Source: Promethearchaeota archaeon (GTDB lineage: Archaea; Asgardarchaeota; Lokiarchaeia; Sigyniarchaeales; SOKP01). From it: a stretch of 64,000 nucleotides of DNA. The position numbers were made by a program, and so were the translations under genes. Numbering within the stretch: the stretch's first letter is position 1; every line of letters begins with the position of its first letter. This document shows, piece after piece, positions 22,684-32,898 of the stretch. The notes under the pieces were generated by a model, which did no database searches, was not told where the DNA came from, and was given only the letters and a program-made list of their open reading frames with translations. The stretch is taken from positions 75,211 through 139,210 of the forward strand of contig JAEOTA010000022.1 in assembly GCA_016840085.1 (NCBI GenBank), given 5' to 3'.

Positions 22684-24279
22684 ATGATAACAGAAAGAAT
22701 TGTTAAATTAAATTCTAGAAACAGGGAAAATTATAAAAAAAGAATAGTAATAATATCAGATACTCATATAAGTCGGTCAATGGGAGCATTCAATCTACAT
22801 GCATTTAATTTAGGTATAGAACAAATTAATAAAATCAAGGATGTTTCCCTCTTTCTTCATCTTGGAGATATTACTCACTTGGGAACTCTATTAGAATATG
22901 AATATGCCTTAGAACAATTTAAAAAGTTTAACCCTATATCTAAATGCCCTTTAATGATTCTAATTGGTAATCATGATGCTTTGAATGTTGGGTATTTGCT
23001 TTTTGAAGAAATGATTGGTAGAAGGCATTATGAATATGAGGATGATAATATATATGTAACCGGTATAGATAGTACTAAACCAGATTTACCTGGGGGAATA
23101 ATTCATCATAATATTATTGAATCTGTTCGAAAAGATTTAGAGAAACCTGAAAGAGAAAATAAATTTAAGGTAGTCTGTTTTCATCATCAGCTTATACCTA
23201 TTCCTAACACTGGAAAGGAGAGATCTGCTATCGATGACTCAGGAGATATGCTTAAAATGCTTTTAGAGGCAAAAGCAGACTTAGTTTTAAATGGTCATAG
23301 ACATACTTCAAATCTGTATACTGTTAGTAGTAGCGAAAAAGACTTATATATTTTCAATGCAGGCACATTTAGCTGTAATAAAACAAGATACCGAGATTTA
23401 TTTTCCTATTCAATAATAGATATTGAAGATAATAATATAATTTTTAAAGTTATACCAATATTAGATTCTAACTCTAAACGTGAAATTCATCGTGAAGTTA
23501 ACTATTATCTCCCCTTAGAAATAGAAAAGGGTCAAACACCATTATGTAGGTTTATACAATTATCGCATTCATTAATAAATGAACAATCAGAAAACGAGAT
23601 TACAAATTTAGACAGAGCTATTGAGAAAATAAATACAATCAAGAATATAGACTTAGTTGTGCATACTGGGAATGTAACTAAAAATAGTTTTAAAGAAGAA
23701 TTTAGAATAGCAAAAGAAAAATTAAATAAATTAGAATATCCTTATTTAGTCGTACCTGGATATACTGATTCAAAACCGCCAGCTTGGGAATATTGGAAAC
23801 AGTATTTAGGTGAATCTGATCCACTATATGAAAACGAGAAAATATATTTTCAAGGGCTAAACTCCACAACTCGAGATTCTACTGAGGGATTTATTGGGAG
23901 AAAGAGAATGAACAAGTTTATAGAAAAAGTTTTATCTCTTAGTCATCAAAAAATATTTGGTGTGTGCTGCTTTCATAGTCTAATTCCCACCCCCTTAAGT
24001 GTATGGAGAACAGAGCTAAATGATTCCGGAGATGTACTTTCACAATTTGCTCATTCCCAAATTGATCTGTGCCTAAATAGTTCTCCAAGTATTGCATTCA
24101 ATGTAAAAATTGATCATACAGTGTTCTCTAATGGTGGAAATTTAAATCCAGAACGGTTTGAGGAGGCTTTTGTTGAAACAGAAATTTATAAAAAAGGTTT
24201 TGTAATATTAAAAGAGCATAACTTAAAAACTGGCCACATTAAGAAAGTTGGTAATTATAATATTACAATTTTTATATAA
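22684..24279 (+). CDS. Tandem-domain calcineurin-like metallophosphoesterase (second domain degenerate)
   Basis: Domain 1 SDTH, GDIT, GNHD, HH, GHRH; domain 2 SHS, GNVT, GYTD, HS, SSPS. Confidence 0.85.
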   Translation: MITERIVKLNSRNRENYKKRIVIISDTHISRSMGAFNLHAFNLGIEQINKIKDVSLFLHLGDITHLGTLLEYEYALEQFKKFNPISKCPLMILIGNHDALNVGYLLFEEMIGRRHYEYEDDNIYVTGIDSTKPDLPGGIIHHNIIESVRKDLEKPERENKFKVVCFHHQLIPIPNTGKERSAIDDSGDMLKMLLEAKADLVLNGHRHTSNLYTVSSSEKDLYIFNAGTFSCNKTRYRDLFSYSIIDIEDNNIIFKVIPILDSNSKREIHREVNYYLPLEIEKGQTPLCRFIQLSHSLINEQSENEITNLDRAIEKINTIKNIDLVVHTGNVTKNSFKEEFRIAKEKLNKLEYPYLVVPGYTDSKPPAWEYWKQYLGESDPLYENEKIYFQGLNSTTRDSTEGFIGRKRMNKFIEKVLSLSHQKIFGVCCFHSLIPTPLSVWRTELNDSGDVLSQFAHSQIDLCLNSSPSIAFNVKIDHTVFSNGGNLNPERFEEAFVETEIYKKGFVILKEHNLKTGHIKKVGNYNITIFI

Positions 24280-24442
24280 TTTAGAAATAATATAATTTCA
24301 GAGAATTCCTCTCAGTTCAAGAATTCATCTAATTTTAATAAAAAATAAACTTAAAAAGCATATTTTTTTTATAAAATTAAAAAAACGTTGTTGAATACTG
24401 TTTTACAACTTAAATAGTTATAAAAAAAAATAAGGCAATTTT

Positions 24443-24724
24443 ATGGCAAAAGTGAAATTGAATCTATTGAACATATTCCAGTTGAAAATTAATAAGAAGT
24501 TTATTGAATATGATGGTAAAACTGTTGGTGATATTATCTTAAAATTCTTAAATGAATATAAAGAAAAACTTGATGATGCCTTATTAAGCAAAAATAAGAA
24601 GAAGTTCAATCCTCAGATTCTCATATTGCTAAATGGACGGAATATAAAATATCTTAAAAATTATAAAACACGCCTGAAAGATGCGGACGATATTTATTTA
24701 TCTTTTGCATTAGCAGGAGGATAA
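24443..24724 (+). CDS. MoaD/ThiS/SAMP ubiquitin-like protein
   Basis: ILLNGRNI...LKDADDI and C-terminal AGG. Confidence 0.88.
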   Translation: MAKVKLNLLNIFQLKINKKFIEYDGKTVGDIILKFLNEYKEKLDDALLSKNKKKFNPQILILLNGRNIKYLKNYKTRLKDADDIYLSFALAGG

Positions 24725-24870
24725 ATATAATAAGTCTATATACAATAAGCTTAAATAGTAGAAATTTCTTATTTTTTTTACAAAATACGATTATTTATTA
24801 GAATTATTTAATATTGAATACCTTAGATTATTATCTTTTTATTATAATTTAGTAGGTGATATTTAATAAC

Positions 24871-25809
24871 ATGGCTCTCCACAAGGTATCGTTCTGTGGT
24901 CTAGATAATGCAGGTAAAACCAGTATCATAACAGCAATTACAAAACGCTTCGGTTTTGAGGAAGAGGTTGCGAGGTTAGCACCAACAAGAAGAATTGCGA
25001 GGGATACCTTCAGATTTCTAGGTGTTGAGTTTACAAGAATGGATTTTGGCGGACAAAAGCAATACAGGGAAGAATATTTAAAACGCCCAGAAAAATATCT
25101 AGCTGGAACAGATTTAATGTTTTATGTTATAGATGCTCAAGATTTTAATAGATACATTGAATCTATAGACTATTTAGAACAGATATTGCTCTTCTTTAAA
25201 GAAGAACAGGAGTATATTCCGATTTGTATTCTTTTTCATAAGTTTGATCCTCAACTTGTGGATGATGTGCAAATTAATAAGAGAATCCTTACCTTAAAAC
25301 AAGCATTAACAAGATATTCAATTGATTTTGATATATTTTTCTTTGAAACTACGATATTTGATATAAAATCTGTTATGGATGCTTTTTCAAATGGATTATC
25401 AATGCTATTTGAGAAAATGGAAATGGTATCTAATTTATTTTCAGAAATAAGTGAAAATTACAATGCTATTTTAATAGCTTTATTTGATGCTAAAGGGATC
25501 ACGCTTGGAGAATATTATCGCCCTCATCTTCAATTACAAGAGAAAATAAAGATTTATAAAATATATTTAGAACTTCAAAAACGGGTTGTTGCTGAAAATC
25601 GAGTTTTATATGAATTTTCTGATACATTTGAAAGTGGAGAAAGGTTTTCTGGAATCATTGAAGTTTTGAAATTTGGTAAACTTGATTTCTATTTATTATT
25701 TATTGTAGAAGAGGATGAAAAGAATTTAGAGCAAACAATTGTTCTTTTAGATAAAATTGAATCAGCTAAACCTCAGATGGAAAATCTGATTTTACAGATT
25801 ATCCAATAA
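24871..25809 (+). CDS. Small GTPase (Rag/Arf-like) with C-terminal roadblock/longin-like domain; the track's GTG at 24856 is more likely part of the SD
   Basis: G1 GLDNAGKTS, G2 PT, G3 DFGGQ, G4 HKFD, G5 ETTI; AGGTGA upstream of ATG 24871. Confidence 0.85.
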   Translation: MALHKVSFCGLDNAGKTSIITAITKRFGFEEEVARLAPTRRIARDTFRFLGVEFTRMDFGGQKQYREEYLKRPEKYLAGTDLMFYVIDAQDFNRYIESIDYLEQILLFFKEEQEYIPICILFHKFDPQLVDDVQINKRILTLKQALTRYSIDFDIFFFETTIFDIKSVMDAFSNGLSMLFEKMEMVSNLFSEISENYNAILIALFDAKGITLGEYYRPHLQLQEKIKIYKIYLELQKRVVAENRVLYEFSDTFESGERFSGIIEVLKFGKLDFYLLFIVEEDEKNLEQTIVLLDKIESAKPQMENLILQIIQ

Positions 25810-25890
25810 AAAAATTGCTATTAATAATTAATTTTAACTAAATTTATCTTATACTTCTAGATTTAATTTCATTTAGGAAATTTAAAATAA

Positions 25891-25995
25891 CGCAGCTGGA
25901 GGGATTTGAACCCCCGAGCGCTTTCGCGCACCGGCTGTCTTGGTTATTAAAGAAATCACTCGAGGCCGGCGTCTTACCAACTAGGCTACAGCTGC
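25891..25995 (-). tRNA. tRNA-Ser(CGA) with 22-nt intron at 37/38 (25937-25958); CCA not encoded
   Basis: Acceptor GCAGCTG/CAGCTGC, G73, anticodon arm CCGGC-CT-CGA-G/A-GCCGG, long variable arm GCGC-GAAA-GCGC, T loop TTCAAAT. Confidence 0.93.
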
Positions 25996-26100
25996 AATTC
26001 CTTATGAAACTTAAAACATAATAAATATAAATTTCTTACTCTTTCCAACAAGAAAGATTGATTAATAAGAATATTCTTGAATTAGTAATTCAGTAAATAA

Positions 26101-26400
26101 TTAAGACGACGGAACATATATTTTTAATTTTAAAGTAGGATCTAACAACTTTATTATCCCTTCTTGTTTATATTGTTTTAAAAGCAACTTAGCTGTAGAT
26201 ACTCTTATATCATATTTTAAGGCAATTTCCGTAGCTAAGATTGTTTTTTTCTTTAAAATTGATTCTTTTATTTCTTTTTCTAGGTTTTTTGGTATATAAG
26301 CATCTCTCTCTACAATATTGATTTGCTTGGTTCTTCCGTACTTTCTTCTAAGATTTAAAGTAGCTTTTCTTACTAATAGCTTTTCTTCTTTTTCTGACAA
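26101..26400 (-). CDS. rps25e: Ribosomal protein eS25 (S25e)
   Basis: Basic N-terminus plus winged helix TILATEIALKYDIRVSTAKLLLKQYKQEGIIK; TTG start. Confidence 0.8.
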   Translation of the reverse strand: MSEKEEKLLVRKATLNLRRKYGRTKQINIVERDAYIPKNLEKEIKESILKKKTILATEIALKYDIRVSTAKLLLKQYKQEGIIKLLDPTLKLKIYVPSS

Positions 26401-26548
26401 TGAAAATCACTTTATATTTAATAAATTTCAAAGAATATTAGCTGAATGAAATTATAAATATTTAAAATTTAATAAAATTTTTGATTTATTATTGAAAGTT
26501 TAATTTCAGCATTGAATCGCTGAGTAAAATATTAAAATTCAATAGAAT

Positions 26549-27184
26549 TTGAATAATAATTACGATTTTAATGTAAAAAGGAAAAGACCAGAAGAGATAT
26601 ATAGTGATGTCTCAGATTACTTTAAAGGAGAAGTCCTAAAACAATACGCTGCCTCTAAAAGTATGATGAAAACGCAAGAAAAAATTACTATCAGAGCTAT
26701 AGAACTTTTAAATCTTGAAAGAGATGATGCATTAATCTTAGACGCTGGTAGTGGCCCAGGATTTACTGCGATGTATTTAAATGAAATAGGATATAAAGCA
26801 GTGGCTATTGATCTTATTTCATCATTCTTAAATTATTATGATATAAAAGAATTAAATCCAATTGTAGCAGATATGTGTTTTCCTCCATTTAAACCTAACA
26901 CTTTTGATGCTATTATCTCTATTTCTGCATTACAATGGATATATAGAGATATTAAAAATGAACAAATGAATAAGATGTTAATAAATTTGTCTAAATCTTT
27001 TTTTCAGATCTTAAAACCTGATTCCCGAGTTGTTATTCAATTTTATCCTAAAAATAAGAAAATTTTAGAAAATATCGGCAAAATTATAGCAAAAAGCACA
27101 ACTTTTCATGGAAATTTCATAATAGACAATCCAAATAGCCAAAGAAAGCGAAAAATCTATCTTTTATTAGATAAGGAGTTATAA
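26549..27184 (+). CDS. SAM methyltransferase, Bud23/WBSCR22-like (putative SSU rRNA m7G methyltransferase)
   Basis: RPEE, QEKITIRAIELLNL, LDAGSGPG, PFKPNTFDAIISISALQW, QFYPKN, DNPNSQRKRKIYLLL follow the Bud23 motif order. Confidence 0.8.
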   Translation: MNNNYDFNVKRKRPEEIYSDVSDYFKGEVLKQYAASKSMMKTQEKITIRAIELLNLERDDALILDAGSGPGFTAMYLNEIGYKAVAIDLISSFLNYYDIKELNPIVADMCFPPFKPNTFDAIISISALQWIYRDIKNEQMNKMLINLSKSFFQILKPDSRVVIQFYPKNKKILENIGKIIAKSTTFHGNFIIDNPNSQRKRKIYLLLDKEL

Positions 27185-27365
27185 TTAGAAAGATAAATTT
27201 TTTGAGTAAGAAAAATCCTTAATTAAATTTTAATAAGAAAATTTAATTATAAGCATAATATTTTATTTAACTTCCATTATAATATTTTTAACAATTTGTT
27301 CTAAAAAATTTTAGATCAAAAATTTTTAAAATACAAAAATTTGAAAAAAATCAAAATGATGATTC

Positions 27366-30300
27366 ATGAATAACATACCAAAATTGAAACATCGAATAAA
27401 AGTAATTTCATTAATCTTAATTATCTTGTTAACTGGTACTTACACGATTGTTTCAATGAGTTTTTTCGATTCTCTTTCTAATGTGAATAAAGTAGAGAAT
27501 GAAAATGATCTAGTAGACAACCCAAAAACAGGTGGTACTCATGTTTGGTGGGATTTAGATTTTCGATCCAGACAAGCAATAAATATTACAAATCCTTATA
27601 ACGTACCTCTTAATAATTTCACAACAAACATAGAATTTAATTATACTACGCTTGTAGATTCGGACAGAATGAATTCCAGCTTAAGAGATATAAGAATCGT
27701 TGAATATGACGACTTAGGTGTCCCACATCTAAGAAAATATTATTATCAAAAAGATTATCCTTCAACAAATCTTGTAACTGTATGGTTTGACACGAATATC
27801 CCTGCTGATACCTCTCAATCAGATACATATTTATATTATGGAAATGATAATGTTTGGCCTGATGAAGCCTATTTTATGAATGAATCTTCGAGTTTAAAAG
27901 CTAAGAATTTTGGATGGATTAGAAATGGTGATTTTGAATTAGATTACAAGTCAGATACGGAAGTTTTTAATGTTTTTGGTTGGAACTTTTCTACTGATGT
28001 TCCTAATAACGTTTTTTCAACAGGTTATTCACCACGTACAGGAGCCATAGATGCTGGTTCCCAGCACAATTTAAGCACTTCTGACGATTATCAAGAGAGA
28101 ACTTTTGATTCTTATTCATTTAAATGGGGTGATAAAGATCACTATATTGTGGATAATGATGAACCTACTGATGGGCATGATTATGTAGGATCATTGTATA
28201 GCTATCCTTTTATCGTTCCAACAGTAACCGGAGCTGATACAGGGGAGATTTATTTAGAGGCTTATCGTAATTTTAGAGTCTATGACTATAAAGCTGGGGA
28301 AGATGTTGGATTTTTTGCTGTGATTTCGAAAGCTTATAATCCATACTTTGATGGTACATTACAAGATCCAAACTTTGACTATTTTGATCATTGGTTAAGT
28401 ATAGGAAAAAACACAGGAACCCCAAGCGAAAGAAAACCAACTTATGCAATAGATAAATTAAATGGGGATGCGGAGGGAAATACTATTATAGATACAACGT
28501 CAGATGGCGCCGCAACTGGCTGGGTTACTATTGATGTGTCTGAATATCAAGGTCAGTTAATTACTTTACAATTTGGATTGTATCCCCTTAGTAGTGAAAT
28601 TATCGATATTGCAACATTTGGTCAGGTTGATGAAATAAAATTTACTTATGAACTAACAACAGAATTAGAAGCAGTTGAAGAAGTAATGTCAGTCGTTTCA
28701 GTAATCGTAAAAGATGTTGATGGGAGGATTGTTCCTGGTGCAAAAGTATCTCTAGCAAATAATTCGGCAGAATATCTAGCAGCACACCAAAATAATCCGA
28801 TAGTAGATACAGAATTTTCTGGGGAAAATAATGGGACTGCATATTTTACAAGTGTGGGATATGATACATATGATATATGGGTCAATTACACGATACCTTA
28901 TACAAATAACGAAACTGTTGTGTATAATAGTACCGGAGTAAAAAGTTGGAAAATTGACCAAGCTACACGTATTATTAAAGTAGAAGTAGATATATGGACC
29001 ATTGATTTTGAGATAGTTGATTATGGTGAAGAACCAATGAATTCAGGGTATATTGAAATTAATTATACAAAAGGAGGAGCACTATTAGATAATTTAACGC
29101 TTGACTCAAATGGAAAAGCTACATTCCGCTGGAAAAAACATTCCAGGTATTACTACAAAGTATATTATCGTAATGTTGATTATAATATTTTTACAACTAC
29201 AGCATTAAATGAGAGTTATATATCTAGGTCTGATTATGAACAAAATAAATTAAACCCACATACATTTCTTATAAATCAAACCAACCTTAATGGTACTGGA
29301 ATGCCTAAATTTAGTGTTTATCAACGTATTTATACAAATGGATCACTAAACGAACTCGGAAATAAGAAAATCATTAATGCTACTATAAATATAACTCTAA
29401 CGGAGGACAGTTCTTTTGACAAGGTTCAAGTTTTTTATATTGATAAGGATAATTCAACATATGGTAATCTTATTTATGAAAAAGCAGAAGGTTATGGCAT
29501 AGATCTATCTAGTGAATTTGAAATAGAGATTAGATCACCTCCAATAATATCTGCTAATTTAGAGGGAGATTCCTATGAAGCTTATGGTTTATATGTTAAG
29601 GTTTTCGGTTCCAATTCATCTACATGTAATGGAATAATCGACATTAAATTAACTGAAACATGTAATATCTATAACGTTACAGATTTATGTAAAGTGAACA
29701 TTACAATTATTGATTCTACTGGGACAGGATGGCCTAATTGTTGGGTCAAAGTAAATGGTACAATTAATACACGAATGGACTTTAAAGTTGATTTATACAC
29801 CGATCCCACTGGAAGAGCTTATGGTTATCCAACAAATACAGATCTCCCACTTTGGTATTTAAAAGGATATCCTTTCAACTTTTCCTTAAACTTTGGGGGT
29901 GAGCATAGATATTTAATTGTAAATAAATCAGATCAATATAAACATCATGGAAATCCGATTTATTATTACAATTACAGTGTTGAACAACCAGCAGATCTTA
30001 TTTTTGAAATTTATTTTACTAGTGGGGCAAATCTTAGTTGGTTTCAAACTAGGTTTGAAAAATATAGCGGCCCAGAATCATTAATATGGAGTCAAAATGC
30101 TACAATTCAAGTAAACTTCACATCAACAGATGATAATTGGGTTAGTTCAGAACCAGTTTCTCTTCCAGCAAACGCATATTGTTATATTAAAACAACTGGA
30201 TCAGGAAGCTATATTGTAAAGGAATATAGTATGAAATCAAAGGGACAAGGAATATTTGAAGTAAGTTTTAATTCTTCTCAATTATCAGCAGGTGAAAGAG

Positions 30301-31718
30301 GTGTACTTTATAGTATCATTATCTCTGGAAGTAAATTAGGATATAGCACTCCACCAAATTTGAGTGATTCAATTTTTATAGACACTTTCCCGACTAATAT
30401 TAGTATGCATGATTATTATGATTCTTTCAATGAAATTATTGAATTTTCTCAAACATTTGGAGAGTTTGTTAATTTATCAATAAAATACTCTAATTTATAT
30501 ACTAAAGTATCATTAAAGGCTGCTATTTTGACTTATGAATGGCTTAATCTTGATCCTGTTCAATTTTATGAAGATCCTTTTAATGATGGATATTATACTG
30601 CGACAATTGATACATCAATAGCCGAAACGTGGGGTTTAAAATCAATCAAGATTATTGCCAAGTTAGAGAACTTTACTACACAGACTCTTATAACTTCTCT
30701 CAGTATTACAGAAAGACCAACAACCCTTAATGGAGAAACTGACTTAGTTTATACTAGCTCGAAAGTATGGGTAGAAGATCCTAATCCTTTCGAATTTCAA
30801 TATTATGATGTAATTGGAAATGAGATTGTAGGAAATTTAACTACTGCTACTTACATTTGGGAAAAGTTATATCCAAATGGAACTAGAATTCCAGGAATAC
30901 ACGGTACTGGAACATTGGTTCAAAATGAAAATAAAACTTATATACTAGATTTTAACACTGAATTAAAACCTGTTGGCTATTATTATTTATATCTTACATT
31001 ACAAAAACAAAACTATGAAGCAAAGTCTGCTCTTATCAATTTAGAAATAATGTTAAGAAACTTTACGACTACTTTAGACGCAACTGGATTGGGGGATAAC
31101 AATCAAATTAAGGTAGATCAAGGTGATGATATTGATTTTGAAATTACTTTATGGGATGAAACTCGCAATGTAGATCTAGAAAATGCGTCAGTTACACTTA
31201 CTATTAGAGGTGTTGAGTACGTACTTCAAGAGACAGCTTCGGGTGTATATGGATTAACATTTAGAACGAATGATATTGATGTGTTTATTACTTCTAAAAC
31301 ATTATCAGGTAAAATTACTATCCAGGCAGCTAATTTCACAACAGAAGAAATTATTATTACTGTGGTGGTTCAAATGGAAGAAATTTTCCCTGGAATGCCA
31401 ACATTTTATTTCATCTTGATTACCGCATCAATTATAGGTGTTGTGGGGAGTTTGGTAGCCTATAGAGTTATCCAACAAGCAAGAATACCTAAACATGTTA
31501 AGAAGATCAGAAAAGTTAAAGGTTATATCAAATCAAAGAAGAATATCACTGAGGCAATTTCTATTCCAACAAAAGAAAAAATGATAGCTAAATTGATTGG
31601 AGACGATTGGAAAGATATTGGCCTTTCAATTGAAGAAATCCTAGGAATAGAAGAATTGAAACCTAAAAAACCACCAATAAAAGATACAAGATATAAAGAG
31701 GGAGGTGAAATTGATTAA
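27366..31718 (+). CDS. Large single-pass surface protein: DUF2341-like N-domain, jelly-roll-like insert, Ig-like stalk, TM, about 85-aa cytoplasmic tail
   Basis: Signal-like N-terminus, WW...INITNP...DIRIVE...VWF...YYGN, many NxS/T sequons, EIFPGMP-TM-YRVIQQARIP. Confidence 0.8.
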   Translation: MNNIPKLKHRIKVISLILIILLTGTYTIVSMSFFDSLSNVNKVENENDLVDNPKTGGTHVWWDLDFRSRQAINITNPYNVPLNNFTTNIEFNYTTLVDSDRMNSSLRDIRIVEYDDLGVPHLRKYYYQKDYPSTNLVTVWFDTNIPADTSQSDTYLYYGNDNVWPDEAYFMNESSSLKAKNFGWIRNGDFELDYKSDTEVFNVFGWNFSTDVPNNVFSTGYSPRTGAIDAGSQHNLSTSDDYQERTFDSYSFKWGDKDHYIVDNDEPTDGHDYVGSLYSYPFIVPTVTGADTGEIYLEAYRNFRVYDYKAGEDVGFFAVISKAYNPYFDGTLQDPNFDYFDHWLSIGKNTGTPSERKPTYAIDKLNGDAEGNTIIDTTSDGAATGWVTIDVSEYQGQLITLQFGLYPLSSEIIDIATFGQVDEIKFTYELTTELEAVEEVMSVVSVIVKDVDGRIVPGAKVSLANNSAEYLAAHQNNPIVDTEFSGENNGTAYFTSVGYDTYDIWVNYTIPYTNNETVVYNSTGVKSWKIDQATRIIKVEVDIWTIDFEIVDYGEEPMNSGYIEINYTKGGALLDNLTLDSNGKATFRWKKHSRYYYKVYYRNVDYNIFTTTALNESYISRSDYEQNKLNPHTFLINQTNLNGTGMPKFSVYQRIYTNGSLNELGNKKIINATINITLTEDSSFDKVQVFYIDKDNSTYGNLIYEKAEGYGIDLSSEFEIEIRSPPIISANLEGDSYEAYGLYVKVFGSNSSTCNGIIDIKLTETCNIYNVTDLCKVNITIIDSTGTGWPNCWVKVNGTINTRMDFKVDLYTDPTGRAYGYPTNTDLPLWYLKGYPFNFSLNFGGEHRYLIVNKSDQYKHHGNPIYYYNYSVEQPADLIFEIYFTSGANLSWFQTRFEKYSGPESLIWSQNATIQVNFTSTDDNWVSSEPVSLPANAYCYIKTTGSGSYIVKEYSMKSKGQGIFEVSFNSSQLSAGERGVLYSIIISGSKLGYSTPPNLSDSIFIDTFPTNISMHDYYDSFNEIIEFSQTFGEFVNLSIKYSNLYTKVSLKAAILTYEWLNLDPVQFYEDPFNDGYYTATIDTSIAETWGLKSIKIIAKLENFTTQTLITSLSITERPTTLNGETDLVYTSSKVWVEDPNPFEFQYYDVIGNEIVGNLTTATYIWEKLYPNGTRIPGIHGTGTLVQNENKTYILDFNTELKPVGYYYLYLTLQKQNYEAKSALINLEIMLRNFTTTLDATGLGDNNQIKVDQGDDIDFEITLWDETRNVDLENASVTLTIRGVEYVLQETASGVYGLTFRTNDIDVFITSKTLSGKITIQAANFTTEEIIITVVVQMEEIFPGMPTFYFILITASIIGVVGSLVAYRVIQQARIPKHVKKIRKVKGYIKSKKNITEAISIPTKEKMIAKLIGDDWKDIGLSIEEILGIEELKPKKPPIKDTRYKEGGEID

Positions 31719-32830
31719 TGCCAATAGGATTAGTAATAATGAGATGGGATATCAAAGTAAGCACTGAAATTCTTGCGAAATATCCTGAAGAACTAGTTAT
31801 AAGCGAAGAAACTTTAATGCAAATATATGCCGCGCATGAATACACCGGTGAACCAGGAATGATTAGCTTATTAGTTGGACCATTAAACATTGCATCATAC
31901 TATACTGGTCGAGAAAAACCTATTTATATAATTCTACTATTAAACTTAGATGAAGACGCAGATGTTTATGAAGGAGGTTTATCCGATATTTCAAGAGTGA
32001 TATTCCAAAATTATGAAGACAATGCATATCTTGAGATGATTCCGTTCCTTTTTCAGCGTTTATCGACCTATCCTCATTTAAATAATGAACAAAGTTTAGC
32101 TATTACATACATTGATGGTGTAAATAGATTAATTATAAATAGGTTAAGAGATGAGGGAGTTATTTCGAAATCAGAATTAAAAATTTGGTTAAAGGACCAA
32201 TATAGGGAAGGATTCTTCGATGTGGATGCGATTCTTATGGAGTTAATCAAAAAAGAGATAATAAAGGAAGCCTCTGTTAAAGGAATGCCTTCAGAATTAA
32301 TCTTCCTCATAAATGATCTACTTATGATTAGAAGACCTCCAATTAAACTCTTAAAAAATCCAGTAGAACGCGGTCTTCCTGAGAAATTTGTTGAAGAGTA
32401 TAACGTAGCTGTTAAAAATTTCTTCCAAAAATATCGGCCATCAGATGGAGATAACCTTAAAATTTTAGATGATATTATAGCCGATCCCCAAGTTTATGAA
32501 ATCCTTAAATTATTAAGAATCTCAATTGTCACGAAGAATGTTCTAGAGAAACTTAGAAAAAAGGGAGTAGATGATATCGATGGGGGATTGAAAAAGTTGT
32601 GGGATTGCCAGATGATTCATGTATTTCAAGATACTAAAGGAAATGAATATTATGCTTTACTCACTGACTTCTATAATTCATTACTCTACCCAAAGTATAT
32701 GTTAAATACAATAATTTATCAGTATGGTGTAAAATCAAAGTCAGAAGGAGTATTAGTCGAATATCTGAACGTACTTGAAGATACATATCAGCCTACTAAA
32801 TTGCCAGTAGAGGAAGAGATTGAAGATTAA
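31718..32830 (+). CDS. Cytoplasmic protein, predicted N-terminal longin/uDENN-like fold plus winged-helix repeats
   Basis: TAATG coupling to the upstream gene; beta-beta-alpha-beta-beta-beta-alpha pattern in the first ~120 aa; wH-like segments (fold is inference). Confidence 0.65.
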   Translation: MPIGLVIMRWDIKVSTEILAKYPEELVISEETLMQIYAAHEYTGEPGMISLLVGPLNIASYYTGREKPIYIILLLNLDEDADVYEGGLSDISRVIFQNYEDNAYLEMIPFLFQRLSTYPHLNNEQSLAITYIDGVNRLIINRLRDEGVISKSELKIWLKDQYREGFFDVDAILMELIKKEIIKEASVKGMPSELIFLINDLLMIRRPPIKLLKNPVERGLPEKFVEEYNVAVKNFFQKYRPSDGDNLKILDDIIADPQVYEILKLLRISIVTKNVLEKLRKKGVDDIDGGLKKLWDCQMIHVFQDTKGNEYYALLTDFYNSLLYPKYMLNTIIYQYGVKSKSEGVLVEYLNVLEDTYQPTKLPVEEEIED

Positions 32831-32898
32831 TTTTCTTAATTTTTATTTTTATTTTTTTTCTTTTAGGATATTAGAAATATAAAATATTAACAAATTTA

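Noticed and set aside
26067-26078. Perfect palindrome AAGAATATTCTT between eS25 and the tRNA
   Set aside because: Single AT-rich 12-mer with no second copy noticed; plausible by chance
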